Part shown: positions 51,501 to 64,000 of the stretch, piece by piece | Layout of the letters: every line of letters begins with the position of its first letter | How positions within the stretch are numbered: position 1 is the stretch's first letter | NCBI GenBank assembly: GCA_002269645.1 | Contig: NIVC01000312.1 | Coordinates: 248,001-312,000, forward strand | Length of the DNA stretch: 64,000 bases | Source: Macrostomum lignano | Lineage: Eukaryota | Direction of reading: 5' to 3' | Program-made: the position numbers and the translations under genes | The notes under the pieces: generated by a model | Database searches by the model: none | Told to the model about the DNA's origin: nothing | Seen by the model: only the letters and a program-made list of their open reading frames with translations

Positions 51501-54448
51501 TCTTCTCCCTGTAACACTCCTCTCCCTGTAAGACTCTTCTCCCTGTCACACTCCTCTCCCTGTCACACTACTCTCCTTGTAACACTCCTCTCCCTGTAAC
51601 ACTCCTCTCCCTGTAACACTCCTCTCCCTGTAACACTCCTCTCCCTGTAACACTCCTCTCCCTGTAAGACTCTTCTCCCTGTAAGACTCTTCTCCCTGTC
51701 ACACTCCTCTCCCTGTCACACTCCTCTCCCTGTAACACTCCTCTCCCTGTAAGACTCTTCTCCCTGTCACACTCCTCTCCCTGTAACACTCCTCTCCCTG
51801 TAACACTCCTCTCCCTGTAACACTCCTCTCCTTGTAACATTCTTCTCCCTGTAACACTCTTCTCCCTGTAACACACCTCTCCCTGTAACACTCCTCTCCC
51901 TGTAAGACTCTTCTCCCTGTAAGACTCTTCTCCCTGTAAGACTCTTCTCCCTGTAACACTACTCTCCTTGTAACACTCTTCTCCCTGTCACACTACTCTC
52001 CTTGTAACACTCTTCTCCCTGTCACACTCCTCTCCCTGTCACACTCCTCTCCCTGTCACACTCCTCTCCCTGTAACACTCCTCTCCCTGTAAGACTCTTC
52101 TCCCTGTCACACTCCTCTCCCTGTCACACTCCTCTCCCTGTAACACTCCTCTCCCTGTAACACTCCTCTCCCTGTAACACTCCTCTCCCTGTAACACTCC
52201 TCTCCCTGTAACACTCCTCTCCCTGTAAGACTCTTCTCCCTGTAAGACTCTTCTCCCTGTCACACTCCTCTCCCTGTCACACTCCTCTCCCTGTCACACT
52301 CCTCTCCCTGTAACACTCCTCTCCCTGTAAGACTCTTCTCCCTGTCACACTCCTCTCCCTGTAACACTCCTCTCCCTGTAACACTCCTCTCCCTGTAACA
52401 CTCCTCTCCTTGTAACATTCTTCTCCCTGTAACACTCTTCTCCCTGTAACACACCTCTCCCTGTAACACTCCTCTCCCTGTAAGACTCTTCTCCCTGTAA
52501 GACTCTTCTCCCTGTAAGACTCTTCTCCCTGTAACACTACTCTCCTTGTAACACTCTTCTCCCTGTAACACTACTCTCCTTGTAACACTCTTCTCCCTGT
52601 CACACTACTCTCCTTGTAACACTCTTCTCCCTGTCACACTACTCTCCTTGTAACACTCTTCTCCCTGTCACACTACTCTCCTTGTAACACTCTTCTCCCT
52701 GTCACACTACTCTCCTTGTAACACTCTTCTCCCTGTCACACTACTCTCCTTGTAACACTCTTCTCCCTGTCACACTACTCTCCTTGTAACACTCTTCTCC
52801 CTGTCACACTACTCTCCTTGTAACACTCTTCTCCCTGTCACACTACTCTCCTTGTAACACTCTTCTCCCTGTCACACTACTCTCCTTGTAACACTCTTCT
52901 CCCTGTCACACTACTCTCCTTGTAACACTCCTCTCCCTGCCAAACCCCTCTTCTTGTAACACTTCTCTCTCATGTCAACCTTCCCTACCTACCAGTCACC
53001 AGTCAGAGAGTGTCAAAGGCAATCATGGAAAATTTCAACTCACGGAGAGCAATAGTACCCGATCATTAATCCATATCTGGTGCATAGAGCTTGTGGAATG
53101 ACTCTGAAAAAGTCGACAAAGTTTTTTATTTTATACTTTTACAATATATAACTACTGGCAGTAGCAAGAATAAAAAGCGAAACTCACTCTCCAAAAAACA
53201 GCACAGCCGTGACGGAGACAAGGACAGCAGTCACTGGATCGGAAACCCGATCTAAAAATAATGGCATGGCCTCGACGCAAGCCGCGTTGCCTAACAACAG
53301 AGTCACCAGCAGCCAGTGATGCCGCTTGATGATGGGGAACAGACGCTGCGCAAACCGTTTCGTCTCGCCTGTGCCAGAATCGCAAAGAACTTTTAAGCTG
53401 AGCAGGTCGAGACTCAACAGGCCTATGGTTAGGCCGCTCATTAGGCCTGTATTTGGGTTTTCGGTTTCAGGTAAGAGAGTTGCAAAAAGCGCAGAGGTTT
53501 GGCGATTAACAGTAGGAGCACTGCATTTAAGGGATCGTCCGTCCTGGTAGTTGAACCGTTAAATTACTTAAAAGACTTAAGACTCTCGAGACTCAAGCGA
53601 CCTCTGTTTTAATGCATTGCAATTAAGAGAGTTGTAGAAAATATAATTAGAAGTCAGTATATAACCTATAGGTATCTGATTAACAATTGCTTAAAGTCCG
53701 ACAGATGCTCAACGACTGGTAACGTCATTACACACAGATAAGTCGGAAAAATTCTTGAAAAGAGAAAAAAACTATAAATCAGATAGGGCAGGTTGTCAAA
53801 GACAGGTAAGGGCAGATCGTCAAGGATAGGTATAAGAACATGTCGCCAAAGACAGGTAAGAACATGTCGCCAAAGACAGGTAAGAACATGTCGCCAAAGA
53901 CAGGTAAGAACATGTCGCCAAAGACAGGTAAGAACATGTCGCCAAAGACAGGTAAGAACATGTCGCCAAAGACAGGTAAGAACATGTCGCCAAAGACAGG
54001 TAAGAACATGTCGCCAAAGATAGGTAAGAAAATGTAGCCAAAGACAGGTAAGGACATGTCGCCAAAGACAGGTAAGGACATGTCGCCAAAGACAGGTAAG
54101 GACATGTCGTCCAAGACAGGTAAGGCAGGTCGTCAAAGATAGATAAGGACAGATCGCTAAAGACAGGTAAGGACAGATCGCTAAAGACAGGTAAGGACAG
54201 ATCGCTAAAGACAGGTAAGGACAGATCGCTAAAGACAGGTAAGGACAGATCGCTAAAGATAGATAAGGATAGATCGGCAACTTACCAGCTCCAAGTACTA
54301 GCAGAGCATAAATGCACAGGTAAATCCAGAACAATGCATCCTCTGGTTTAGCCTTGTGATCGGCAAGGTGATACTGGGTGCCGTTGCACAGCAGGTCATC
54401 CTCAGATACAATCAAACAGTTGATGAAGTCCGACATACTCTTGCTCAT
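48508..54448 (-). CDS. DUF21 + CBS-pair Mg2+/metal transporter (CNNM/CorB family), ~468 aa; exons 54448-54286, 53446-53188, 53103-53044, 50644-50395, 49983-49641, 48839-48508
   Basis: GLMSGLTIGLLSLD, HHWLLVTLLLGN, FGEVIPQALC..GL, PVAFPIAKLLD, FKREELKSLV, GALEL..TPIEKVFML, HSRVPVY, GKSQMAVV, GIIT. Phases 1,2,2,0,1 are compatible. The start codon is ambiguous (54463, 54448 or 54436). Confidence 0.9.
49070..49600. repeat. 10-bp tandem repeat in a CNNM intron
   Basis: (GGTTCACTCT)n, about 53 nearly perfect units. Confidence 0.97.
50790..52960. repeat. 17-bp minisatellite with 34-bp dimeric ends in a CNNM intron
   Basis: Unit TCCCTGTAACACTCCTC with variants. Confidence 0.95.
53800..54275. repeat. 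24-bp minisatellite in CNNM intron 1
   Basis: Unit GACAGGTAAGAACATGTCGCCAAA. Confidence 0.95.
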
Positions 54449-55249
54449 TGCTTCGCTTTGCATGTGTACAATACAGGTTAACCAACAAATCGATGGCCTC
54501 TATAGCAATTGTATCAGCAGTCTATAAATGTCTCGAGAACCAGATCAGGGTCAGAAATATCTTGTTATAAAATAACAAATAGGCGACCGTTAATTTATAC
54601 AGAAAACTTACTTCTCAGATTACGAGGAACATTATAGCTTCCCTGTAGAACATAGAGATATACTCTGCCACCAGTGAACTGGACATCTTACACAGGGTGA
54701 TAGTCTTGACTCATATTTTATCAACACAACAAGTGATCGATAGGTTAACTCTTTATACTCAATTATTGTCTCTGTAATCTACACAGTTACAGGTCATTTT
54801 AGCTACCTGGTTTATACATACGAGTACAACTTTTCAGATTCTTATCGCGACCATATATATCAGGCTTGCCAAATCAGGTGTTTCTTAGATATTATGTGTA
54901 ACGAGCATTTATACTCCACACAGATTACTACGCTATAATATAGAACCGTATAGGGGTATCGCGGTGCGTGTTTACATAGGACAATGCCGTAAACAACTGC
55001 ATATATGCACGCGGTTCACGTGTGACGGCAGTTTCATAAAGCCTAGAGATCGGTTTAATCTGGCTTAAGTTGCAGAAGAAGAATTAAAAATAAAAGAATC
55101 GCAATGTCAGTCTAAAAGAAGAGTCCTGTAAAACATAAAAAGTGTCATGTCAGACATAAAAGAAATGTCATGTAAACAAGGAAGAAGCGTCATGTAAAAC
55201 ATAAATAAAGCGTCACGTTAAGCTCTGCTGCAACTTTTGGGGAGAATTT

Positions 55250-55900
55250 TAAGATGGCAAAGCTTATGGGATTATGGGGGTAATTAGTGAGATGTCAAGG
55301 CTTACGGGGGAAATCGCTAGCTGGGATTTCAAGGCTTCACGGGCTAAATTGCTGAGATTTCAGGCTTTGGGGGAATTTATTAAATGTCATGGCTATGGTC
55401 AAAAGCTGGGAGGATGATTGCTATCGGGAGGATGCTTGCTACATGGATGAATGAATAGAACAATGTCAGTTACTTGCGCTTGTGCATCGAAAGAAAGGGG
55501 CGAAGGCCGAAAATTGTCTATGGCAATCATCAACCAATGAAAAGGCACGGGGGGAACCGGATGCAAAAGAGTCAAAAACGAAAATAGCCAGAGCCAGAAT
55601 AGCAATCCATTCTATTCATTCATCCATGGCTTGCTATCGGGGGGATGCTTGCTATCCGGGGGGATGCTTGCTATCCAGGGGATGCTAGGTATCTAGGGTT
55701 GCTTAATTGCTATATTGGGGTTGCTTGATCTGGGGAAACTGCTGAGATGTCAATACTTACTGAGGAATTGCTGAGATGTAAAGGCTTTGGGTAGAATTTT
55801 TGAGATGCCAAGGCTTATAGGGGAATTGCTGAGATATCAAGGCTTGGGGGGAATTGCTGATCAGATGTCAAGGCTTGGGGGGAATTGCTAAAGATATAAA
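55250..55900. repeat. Dispersed degenerate repeats related to 40950-41160 and to the 60636-63480 array (reverse complements)
   Basis: GGGGAATTGCTGAGATGTCAAGGCTT and GGGGATGCTTGCTATC units. Confidence 0.7.
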
Positions 55901-57281
55901 GGCCGAGGTTATAGAAGCTGCGTCGCGTATAAGATTGCTAGTTGCAATCTAAATTGTTTATGCGTACTTTGCTATGTTTCTTATGTTCTTACGCTCGTAT
56001 GTTCACTGAAGCATGCTGAACTTGCAATTTAAAGTGGATCAGCATATGTATGTTTGTCAATATACAGTTTGAGTTTTATTTACAAGCGTACGTGTAAAAG
56101 CACCTTTGCACTTTGTTCTTCATGCTATCAGCATATCTGATAGCATTTGTTAGCTCTGAATCAGTTTAATTAAGGAATACTGCAGTACATGTAATTGCAG
56201 TTAGTGCAAAGAATTGGCAGATCTTGATATTGGATAATTTTTATCGTTTGATCAGCCCTGCATCTCTGTCCTGCAGGTCCTCGATCTAGCTGTGGCCCGA
56301 CCGCGGCCTGCATGCCCAATAATGCGATCCATGTCATGCAGTCCCGAACCGCGCGTCCCTTGCTACGTACGTGTACTACGTCATGACATGTAGTTTGAGT
56401 ACCATAAAGCGACGGCGACGAAGATAATCATCTCCGGATACATTGTATAGCTGCATGCATGTAATCTTTCAACTCGAGTTTTCCGTTCTTGTCTCTCTCG
56501 CAGTCTTTCTCTTATAGCTACATAGGACCAAGAGCTGCTCGTCACATCTATCATGCTACCCTGGGGCTGACCATCTGACAGAAGTAAAAGGCCATTTTAA
56601 GTGACTAATTTTCTATATGGTTTCCATAATATATGGAAAGCTCAATTATAATTATAGCGCTCACGTTATGAAAACGTCAGTGTAGTGGGCAGTGTAAAAG
56701 GGCAGTGTAAAAGAACACATTTTCTAACGAAGTCGATAGACGTCAGCTGGTAACGTCGTCCGACGTCGGATTGATGTAAGGTGTTGTGCATGTACTTTTG
56801 TATATTATATAGTCCTATTTATACTTGTAGTACCACAGCAAAGTTTCAAAACATTGCTGTGTCGCGCTGTATCAACGAAAAAGATAAAGAAAGCAGAGGC
56901 TTGCTATGAACGCAATTTCAATTTACACTGGCGAGCCCTTTGCAATCACAGGGTTTTATTTCATAATTTAATGACTAATATTGCCTTTTATGCATTTCTA
57001 TTTACCTATCATAGAAATACTTAGGTCGAAGTTAATTTAAGTACTATATTTTTACCCAAATTAAAATATTTTTTTGCAGTAGCTTTTATTTTGTTAAATA
57101 AAACAGCTTCTGACAAAGCCTAATTTGTTAATCTATACTATTACTCAGGTCGTACGAACATTCAAAGATTCAAAGAAATCGTTTAAAAATACCAAAAACG
57201 CAATAAATAAAACTTGTAACACATTTATATTTTTTATTTCTACAATACTAGTACTGCTGTTTGTTTCGTAAGAGCTCTATA

Positions 57282-57550
57282 ATGTTTTCCAAACAGGCAA
57301 ACTACAGCAAACTTAAGACAAATTTGCGATTGGTAATTAATCGCCTAAAGTTATTGGAGAAGAAAAAAACGGAGCTTGCATTGAAGGCTAGAAAAGAAAT
57401 TTCGGATTACATCCAGGCTGGTAAGGATGATCGAGCACGAATCCGAGTCGAACATATCGTTCGTGAAGACTATCTTGTCGAGGCCATGGAAATTATTGAG
57501 ATGTACTGCGACCTACTACTTGCACGTTTTGGACTAATCAGCAGTCAAAA
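57282..57550 (+). CDS. IST1: IST1 homolog (ESCRT-III-associated), first coding exon; later exons not found in the window
   Basis: NLRLVINRLKLLEKKKTELALKARKEISDYIQAGKDDRARIRVEHIVREDYLVEAMEIIEMYCDLLLARFGLI; donor AA|GTAAGC. Confidence 0.96.
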
Positions 57551-58359
57551 GTAAGCTACCTGTCTAGATACTTGTAACAAGTATGCTAGTCTAATAATTG
57601 AACTCTATTGAGCCATCTTAGACATTATGAATCAATCGCCCCCCATAGTCTAGATCATGTTGAGTGCACGCTGGAATGCTCTGAACCAATGCATGCCAGT
57701 GCCAACTAGATGCATGCCAGTGCCAAGCAAATGTAGGCCTATGCCAAACTAGGCCCTAATATATATAGAAAAAACATGCAACGTTTTACATTAAAAAAAT
57801 GAACTTCAAAAAACAAAGTCTTAAAAACTTTTATAGCATGCAAATATACAATATTTTTTGGCATATTCATGTCTTTTCATGAACTTTTATCTTAGCAAAA
57901 CATGCCCTACTATCAAGCCAGGCCATATTTTATGCCAGCTATTCCATGCTACAGCATGCCAACATGCCACTTTTGGCATGCAGTACCCAAATATATGCCA
58001 ATGCATGCCACAATTTTTAGGCCAAACCAAATATATGCCAGAATTTTCCAGTGTGATATATGCCTTCTGGAGTATCAAACCTACTCTAGCTAAAAATATT
58101 GAAATGTATATATAGTCTACAAGCTATTCAAACTTGTGGATTTTGAACCCGGGGAACTCTAATCCCTAAATAATTAAATAACTCTATTTAAATAGAGTTA
58201 AACATAAAATAGAGTACATTCGTGTAAAATTAGTATTTAAAGCAAACTTTAATTGTTAATCTTTAATCTTAATCTTTAATCTTTAATTGTGCTACACAGA
58301 ATTTCAGGCAAATTCATGGCCTCTGCCTCTCCTTGTGTCCCTTAAAAGTTGGATCCTTA

Positions 58360-58820
58360 GAAACTTCTATCTCTACCTTCTCTTCTGTTTTCTCTCTTCT
58401 ATCTGGTCTGTGGTCTCTTCTCTCTCTCTTCTATCCCCTCTTCTCTCTGTTCCCTCTTATTCTTTTCTTTTCTCTCCTCTCTTCTCTCGTCTCTGCTCTC
58501 TTATCTCTCCCTTTCTCCTATTTTATCTCTTCCCATTTCTCTGCTTTCTATTCTATCTTCTCTCTGCTCTCTACTCTCTCTTTTCTCTGCTCTCTACTCT
58601 ATCTTATCTACTTTATTTCTCCCTCTCTCCTCTCCCCTCTTTTATCTCTCTCTTATCCTTTCTCTCTCCCCTCCTCTCCTTTCTTACTCCAATATTATCT
58701 GCTCACTCCTTATCCTTACCCCATTGTCTCTCTTCTTGTCTTCTATCTTTTCTCTTATCCTTCTCTTGCTTCTCCTCTCTTCTTATAGTCTATTCCTTCT
58801 CCTTTTCACTCTCATCTCAT
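58360..58820. repeat. CT-rich low-complexity tract (IST1 intron)
   Basis: Direct reading. Confidence 0.9.
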
Positions 58821-59489
58821 CAGCCATAAGCTTGATTCTTTATCTGGCATTTGAGGGTAAAGTCTGTCAATCCCCGCTTCGAAAGTGTTTGTGGCCTGTG
58901 GGACGTAGTGCTCTCATGGTTGTTATGCTTTAATCACATCATATTTCTGGCCAATTAGCAGCCCTGAGAGGAATTTGTGTATCTCCCTCCAGCCCAGCTC
59001 CACACTACCACCACAGTCTGTAGCAGTCTAACAACCAAGGAAATACATATTTCTTAGGAGCCATTTAAATTTTAAAGTACCTTATGCAAATCTTAATGTT
59101 AAAATTTTCATTGTATAACTAATTTAGTAGGATTGCATTGATTATTCAGTTATTCATTAATTTTTTGCTATTTTTATAAACCATCCCACATTGCATTGAT
59201 TTGCGATCCACTGTTAAACTGCTGCAGACTTGTCTATACAGGTACAGAGGACACTGGTTTGAATCTCTTGCTAAACTGTCATGGCTAAACGTAGCCTCTC
59301 CACGTGTGGGGTGCGGAGAAGGCTATTAAAAAGTTATTCCAAAACACTGTACATACATTCGCTATGTACATTGAGCCCTATTGCCTGACCCTTCGTCTGG
59401 GCTGGAGGGAATGAGTGAGTAAGTGGAACAAACAACAGAAAAAGCAGACAAACTTCACATGCTTACAGTTTCTGTCCTGATTGAGATAC

Positions 59490-60045
59490 AGAGTTGAGAC
59501 TTTACATGTAGGCAGAGAATGAGTCAATAAAGAATTGTGTCAAATTTGAAATCAATCGCTTGATGTGGAGCAAAACTATAGCAGCCAAAAGTTAGGCATT
59601 TTAAAACCTATTCACACCCTTTGCCCAGATCAGGAAAGAGAAGCAGATGGGTGGAGGTTGGGGTGGCTTCCTTGCTGAAAAAAACAGCCCAACTTTAAAA
59701 GTGCACAGCGCCTTTTAGGATTAACTTTAAAACTTGAAATTTTACACAATTGTGTCAAAATAGTCGAAGATTGATTGTGTCAAATTTAAAGAGGATCGGT
59801 AGAAGTAGAGCGGCGCTATGGGGGATTTAGTAAAAAATGTGCATTTTGAGCAGTTTTTTGCACTTTTAGGTAGGAAGACTCAAATTTAGGAAATTTTAAG
59901 GTAGCCTATGACACTTTCCGTAGTGAATTTAGGGTGGGTGCAAAATTTAATGGGATTTGGTTGAGCAGTTTGGGAGACTATAGCAAAGTAATTTGTACAC
60001 AGACACACACGTACAGAGTTTTGATTTTTATATGTAGAGATAGTA
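59490..60045 (+). mobile_element. Possible Helentron-associated non-autonomous element (DINE/HINE-like)
   Basis: Internal repeats of TTGTGTCAAATTT and a 3' end GGTTGAGCAGTTTGGGAG...ACAGACACACAC...TTTTATATGTAGAGAT, recalled as typical of that class; boundaries uncertain. Confidence 0.35.
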
Positions 60046-60635
60046 GGCTAGGAATAGGCCCTGGCCTATAAGTTCAAAGGTAATTTTTTAATAATCTTTT
60101 AGGCCTATGTTTATACATTAAATTATTTCTTTAAAATTTGTATTTTCTATCCAGTTTAATGATATATACTATAACAGATTCAATTCAATGAAAAGATGGA
60201 TAAGTTTTAATTGATAGATTGTTAACTATCAACTAGGCCCTAGTGAAATTGATAAATAGATAGTCCTAAATTTAAAAATAAAATACTATATGCCTATTCC
60301 TAAATCTTAGGGCTACAATTTTTAGTATATAGGATATATGCCACACTCTGGATCATATAGTATATGCCCAAAAATTTGGGCATCTATTGGCCTTGCATAC
60401 CAAAGGTAGGCATGTACAGTTGGCATACATCACTGCTCTTAAGAAAAGTATGCGTGCACACCTGGCATGCACTTTATAGAATCATAGTATAGTTACTAGC
60501 AATCTTCGCCCCCCATTGGGGGACATCTGTATAGAATCTCTGTTCTCTACAAGTAATAAGAAAATAGCCAAATAAAGCTTTCACAAAGAAAACAGACAAA
60601 CTACTCAAATGAAGTGCAATGCAAAAAGAAATCAT

Positions 60636-63480
60636 CCCAAGACAGCAAGCATCCCCCAGATAGCAAGCATCCCCCAGATTGCAAGCATCCCCCAGATAGC
60701 AAGCATCACCCAAATAGCAAGCATCCCCAGATAGCAAGCATCCCCCAGATAGCAAGCATTACCCAAATAGCAAGCATCCCCAAATAGCAAGCATCCCCCA
60801 GATAGCAAGCATCACCCAAATAGCAAGCATCCCCAGATAGCAAGCATCTCCCAGATAGCAAGCATCTCCCAGATAGCAAGCATCCCCCAGAGAGCAAGCA
60901 TCACCCAAATAGCAAGCATCCCCAGATAGCAAGCATCCCCCAGATAGCAAGCATCCCCCAATGGCAAGCATCCCCCAGATAGCAAGCATTACCTAAATAG
61001 CAAGCATCCCCCGGATAGCAAGCATCCCTAGATAGCAAGCATCACCCAAATAGCAAGCATCCCCAGATAGCAAGCATTACCCAAATAGCAAGCATTACCC
61101 AAATAGCAAGCATCCCCAGATAGCAAGCATTACCTAAATAGCAAGCATCCCCTGGATAGCAAGCATTACCTAAATAGTAAGCATCCTCCGGATAGCAAGC
61201 ATCCCCAGATAGCAAGCATCACCCAAATAGCAAGCATCCCCAGATAGCAAGCATCCCCCAGATAGCAAGCATTACCCAAATAGCAAGCATCCCCAAATGG
61301 TAGGCATCCCCCAGATAGCAAGCATTACCCAAATAGCAAGCATCCCCAGATAGCAAGCATCTCCCAGATAGCAAGCATCCCCCAGATAGCAAGCATCCCC
61401 CAGAGAGCAAGCATCACCCAAATAGCAAGCATCCCCAGATAGCAAGCATCCCCCAGATAGCAAGCATCCCCCAATGGCAAGCATCCCCCAGATAGCAAGC
61501 ATTACCTAAATAGCAAGCATCCCCCGGATAGCAAGCATCCCCAGATAGCAAGCATCACCCAAATAGCAAGCATCCCCAGATAGCAAGCATCCCCTAGATA
61601 GCAAGCATTACCCAAATAGCAAGCATCCCCAAATGGCAGGCATCCCCCAGATAGCAAGCATTACCCAAATAGCAAGCATCCCCAGATAGCAAGCATCTCC
61701 CAGATAGCAAGCATCCCCCAGATAGCAAGCATCCCCAAGAGAGCAAGCATCACCCAAATAGCAAGCATCCCCAGATAGCAAGCATCCCCCAGATAGCAAG
61801 CATCCCCCAATGGCAAGCATCCCCCAGATAGCAAGCATTACCTAAATAGCAAGCATCCCCCGGATAGCAAGCATCCCCAGATAGCAAGCATCACCCAAAT
61901 AGCAAGCATCCCCAAATGGCAGGCATCCCCCAGATAGCAAGCATTACCCAAATAGCAAGCATCCCCAGATAGCAAGCATCTCCCAGATAGCAAGCATCCC
62001 CCAGATAGCAAGCATCCCCCAGAGAGCAAGCATCACCCAAATAGCAAGCATCCCCAGATAGCAAGCATCCCCCAGATAGCAAGCATCCCCCAATGGCAAG
62101 CATCCCCCAGATAGCAAGCATTACCTAAATAGCAAGCATCCCCCGGATAGCAAGCATCCCCAGATAGCAAGCATCACCCAAATAGCAAGCATCCCCAGAT
62201 AGCAAGCATCCCCCAGATAGCAAGCATTACCCAAATAGCAAGCATCCCCAAATGGCAGGCATCCCCCAGATAGCAAGCATTACCCAAATAGCAAGCATCC
62301 CCAGATAGCAAGCATCTCCCAGATAGCAAGCATCCCCCAGATAGCAAGCATCCCCAAGAGAGCAAGCATCACCCAAATAGCAAGCATCCCCAGATAGCAA
62401 GCATCCCCCAGATAGCAAGCATCCCCCAATGGCAAGCATCCCCCAGATAGCAAGCATTACCTAAATAGCAAGCATCCCCCGGATAGCAAGCATCCCCAGA
62501 TAGCAAGCATCACCCAAATAGCAAGCATCCCCAGATAGCAAGCATCCCCCAGATAGCAAGCATTACCCAAATAGCAAGCATCCCCAGATAGCAAGCATCC
62601 CCCAGATAGCAAGCATCCCCCAGATAGCAAGCATCCCCCAGAGAGCAAGCATCACCTAAATAGCAAGCATCCCCAGATAGCAAGCATCCCCCAGAGAGCA
62701 AGCATCACCCAAATAGCAAGCACATACATGCACAACTGCTGGCCGAGCTGGCCGATCCGGCCACCGTAAATCGTGACTGACCAGGGGTAAGTCGCAAAAT
62801 TGAGTCGACCAAAAACAGAAAAACACAAGAACCAAGAAAGAAAGGCAACAGGAAAGCGAAAAAAAGAGCGGTTCAAGGAAACATGGTAAAGCAAAAGAAA
62901 AAAAGTCGCATAAGAAGCAAACTAAGTCGCAAAACTAAGTCGCATTTTTGGTCAAAACTAAGTCGCATGGCCAGCGTAATTTCAGAGGTTGCGCATGTAT
63001 GAGCAAGCATCCCCAGATAGCAAGCATCCCCCAGATAGCAAGCATCCCCCGATGGCAAGCATCCCCAGATAGCAAGCATCACCCAAATAGCAAGCATCCC
63101 CAGATAGCAAGCATCCCCTAGATAGCAAGCATTACCCAAATAGCAAGCATCCCCAAATGGCAGGCATCCCCCAGATAGCAAGCATTACCCAAATAGCAAG
63201 CATCCCCAGATAGCAAGCATCCCCCAGATAGCAAGCATCCCCCAGATAGCAAGCATCCCCCAGAGAGCAAGCATCACCTAAATAGCAAGCATCCCTAGAT
63301 AGCAAGCATCCCCCAGAGAGCAAGCATCACCCAAATAGCAAGCATCCCCAGATAGCAAGCATCCCCCAGATAGCAAGCATCCCCCGATGGCAAGCATCCC
63401 CCAGATAGCAAGCATCCCCAAGATACAAGCTAGCAAGCATCCCCCAGATAGATAGCATCCCCAAATAGCTAGCATCCACC
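60636..63480. repeat. 18-19-bp minisatellite with higher-order structure
   Basis: Unit GATAGCAAGCATCCCC(C)CA; equivalent variant strings recur at 61219, 61838 and 62457 (619-bp period). Confidence 0.95.
62723..63001. mobile_element. 279-bp MITE inserted in the minisatellite, 14-bp TIRs, 8-bp TSD
   Basis: CATACATGCACAAC ... GTTGCGCATGTATG (1 mismatch). TSD AGCAAGCA at 62715-62722 and 63002-63009; removing the element restores the array unit. Internal AAGTCGCA repeats. Confidence 0.85.
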
Positions 63481-63569
63481 AGACAATAAGTAGCTAGTGC
63501 GACAATTTCCTTAGCATTATAGTGGCTCCTTTAAAATTTGCTCACTTTTACGTTTGAAATTGTGTATCT

Positions 63570-64000
63570 TTTATGTTTGACATGGTGGCTCTTATATGTT
63601 TGACATGGTGGCTCTTTAATGTTCTACATGGTGGCTCTTTAATGTTAGACATGGAGTCACATATATGCTTTACATGGTGGTTCTTTTTTTTTCTTTGACA
63701 TGGTGGCTCTTTAATGTTCGATATGGTGGCTCTTTAATGTTCCACATGGTGGCTGTTCTATGTTTGACATGGTGGCTCATTTATGTTTGACATGGTGGCT
63801 CTTTAATGTTCCACATGGTAACTTTTTAATGTTTGACATGTAGGCTCTTTAATGTTTGACATGGTGGCTCTTTAATGTTCCACATGGTGGCCCGTTATTG
63901 TTCGACATGGTGGCTCTCTTTAATGTTGGACATGGAGTCATATATGCTTGACATGGTGGCTCTTCTATGTTTGACATGGTGGCTATTTTATGTTTGAAGT
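63570..64000. repeat. ~23-bp degenerate minisatellite, runs off the window end
   Basis: Unit ~ACATGGTGGCTCTTTAATGTTTG. Confidence 0.9.

Noticed and set aside
53666-54463. 265-aa ORF
   Set aside because: Only the first ~54-59 codons are CNNM exon 1; the rest is read-through into the 24-bp intronic repeat.
58287-63475. Leu/Ser-rich and GDACYL/MLAIWG ORFs; further IST1 exons
   Set aside because: The ORFs derive from CT tracts and the 19-mer array. I found no sequence matching the expected ELD..L.E..IWA.PR continuation of IST1 in the window.

Overview
Eukaryotic (invertebrate animal) genomic DNA with spliceosomal GT-AG introns. Many of the larger introns are filled by different minisatellites. 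This style is reminiscent of the flatworm Macrostomum, but the species assignment is inference. Genes reconstructed by hand: the 3' part of a CCHamide/bombesin-type GPCR, a SUR1/CSH1-like GT32 glycosyltransferase, a 5-exon carotenoid oxygenase (RPE65/BCO family) with an apparent signal peptide, a 12-exon DEG/ENaC channel, two SUEL lectin exons, an intronless divergent GPCR, a tandem pair of secreted PAN + C-type-lectin genes, a 6-exon DUF21-CBS (CNNM/CorB) transporter and the first coding exon of IST1. Mobile DNA: an internally deleted P-family element with 31-bp TIRs and an 8-bp TSD, two further CA...TG MITEs with 8-bp TSDs, a DIRS-like gag remnant, an RTE-like RT fragment and a CORE-SINE. 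The most striking object is the DEG/ENaC gene. Its finger region carries two kringle domains, and the first kringle is split by a complete WSC domain encoded on its own symmetric phase-1 exon, which can only be spliced in frame through a GC donor. Most long ORFs in the supplied track are translations of tandem repeats and were rejected. All exon structures are manual predictions without transcript support.
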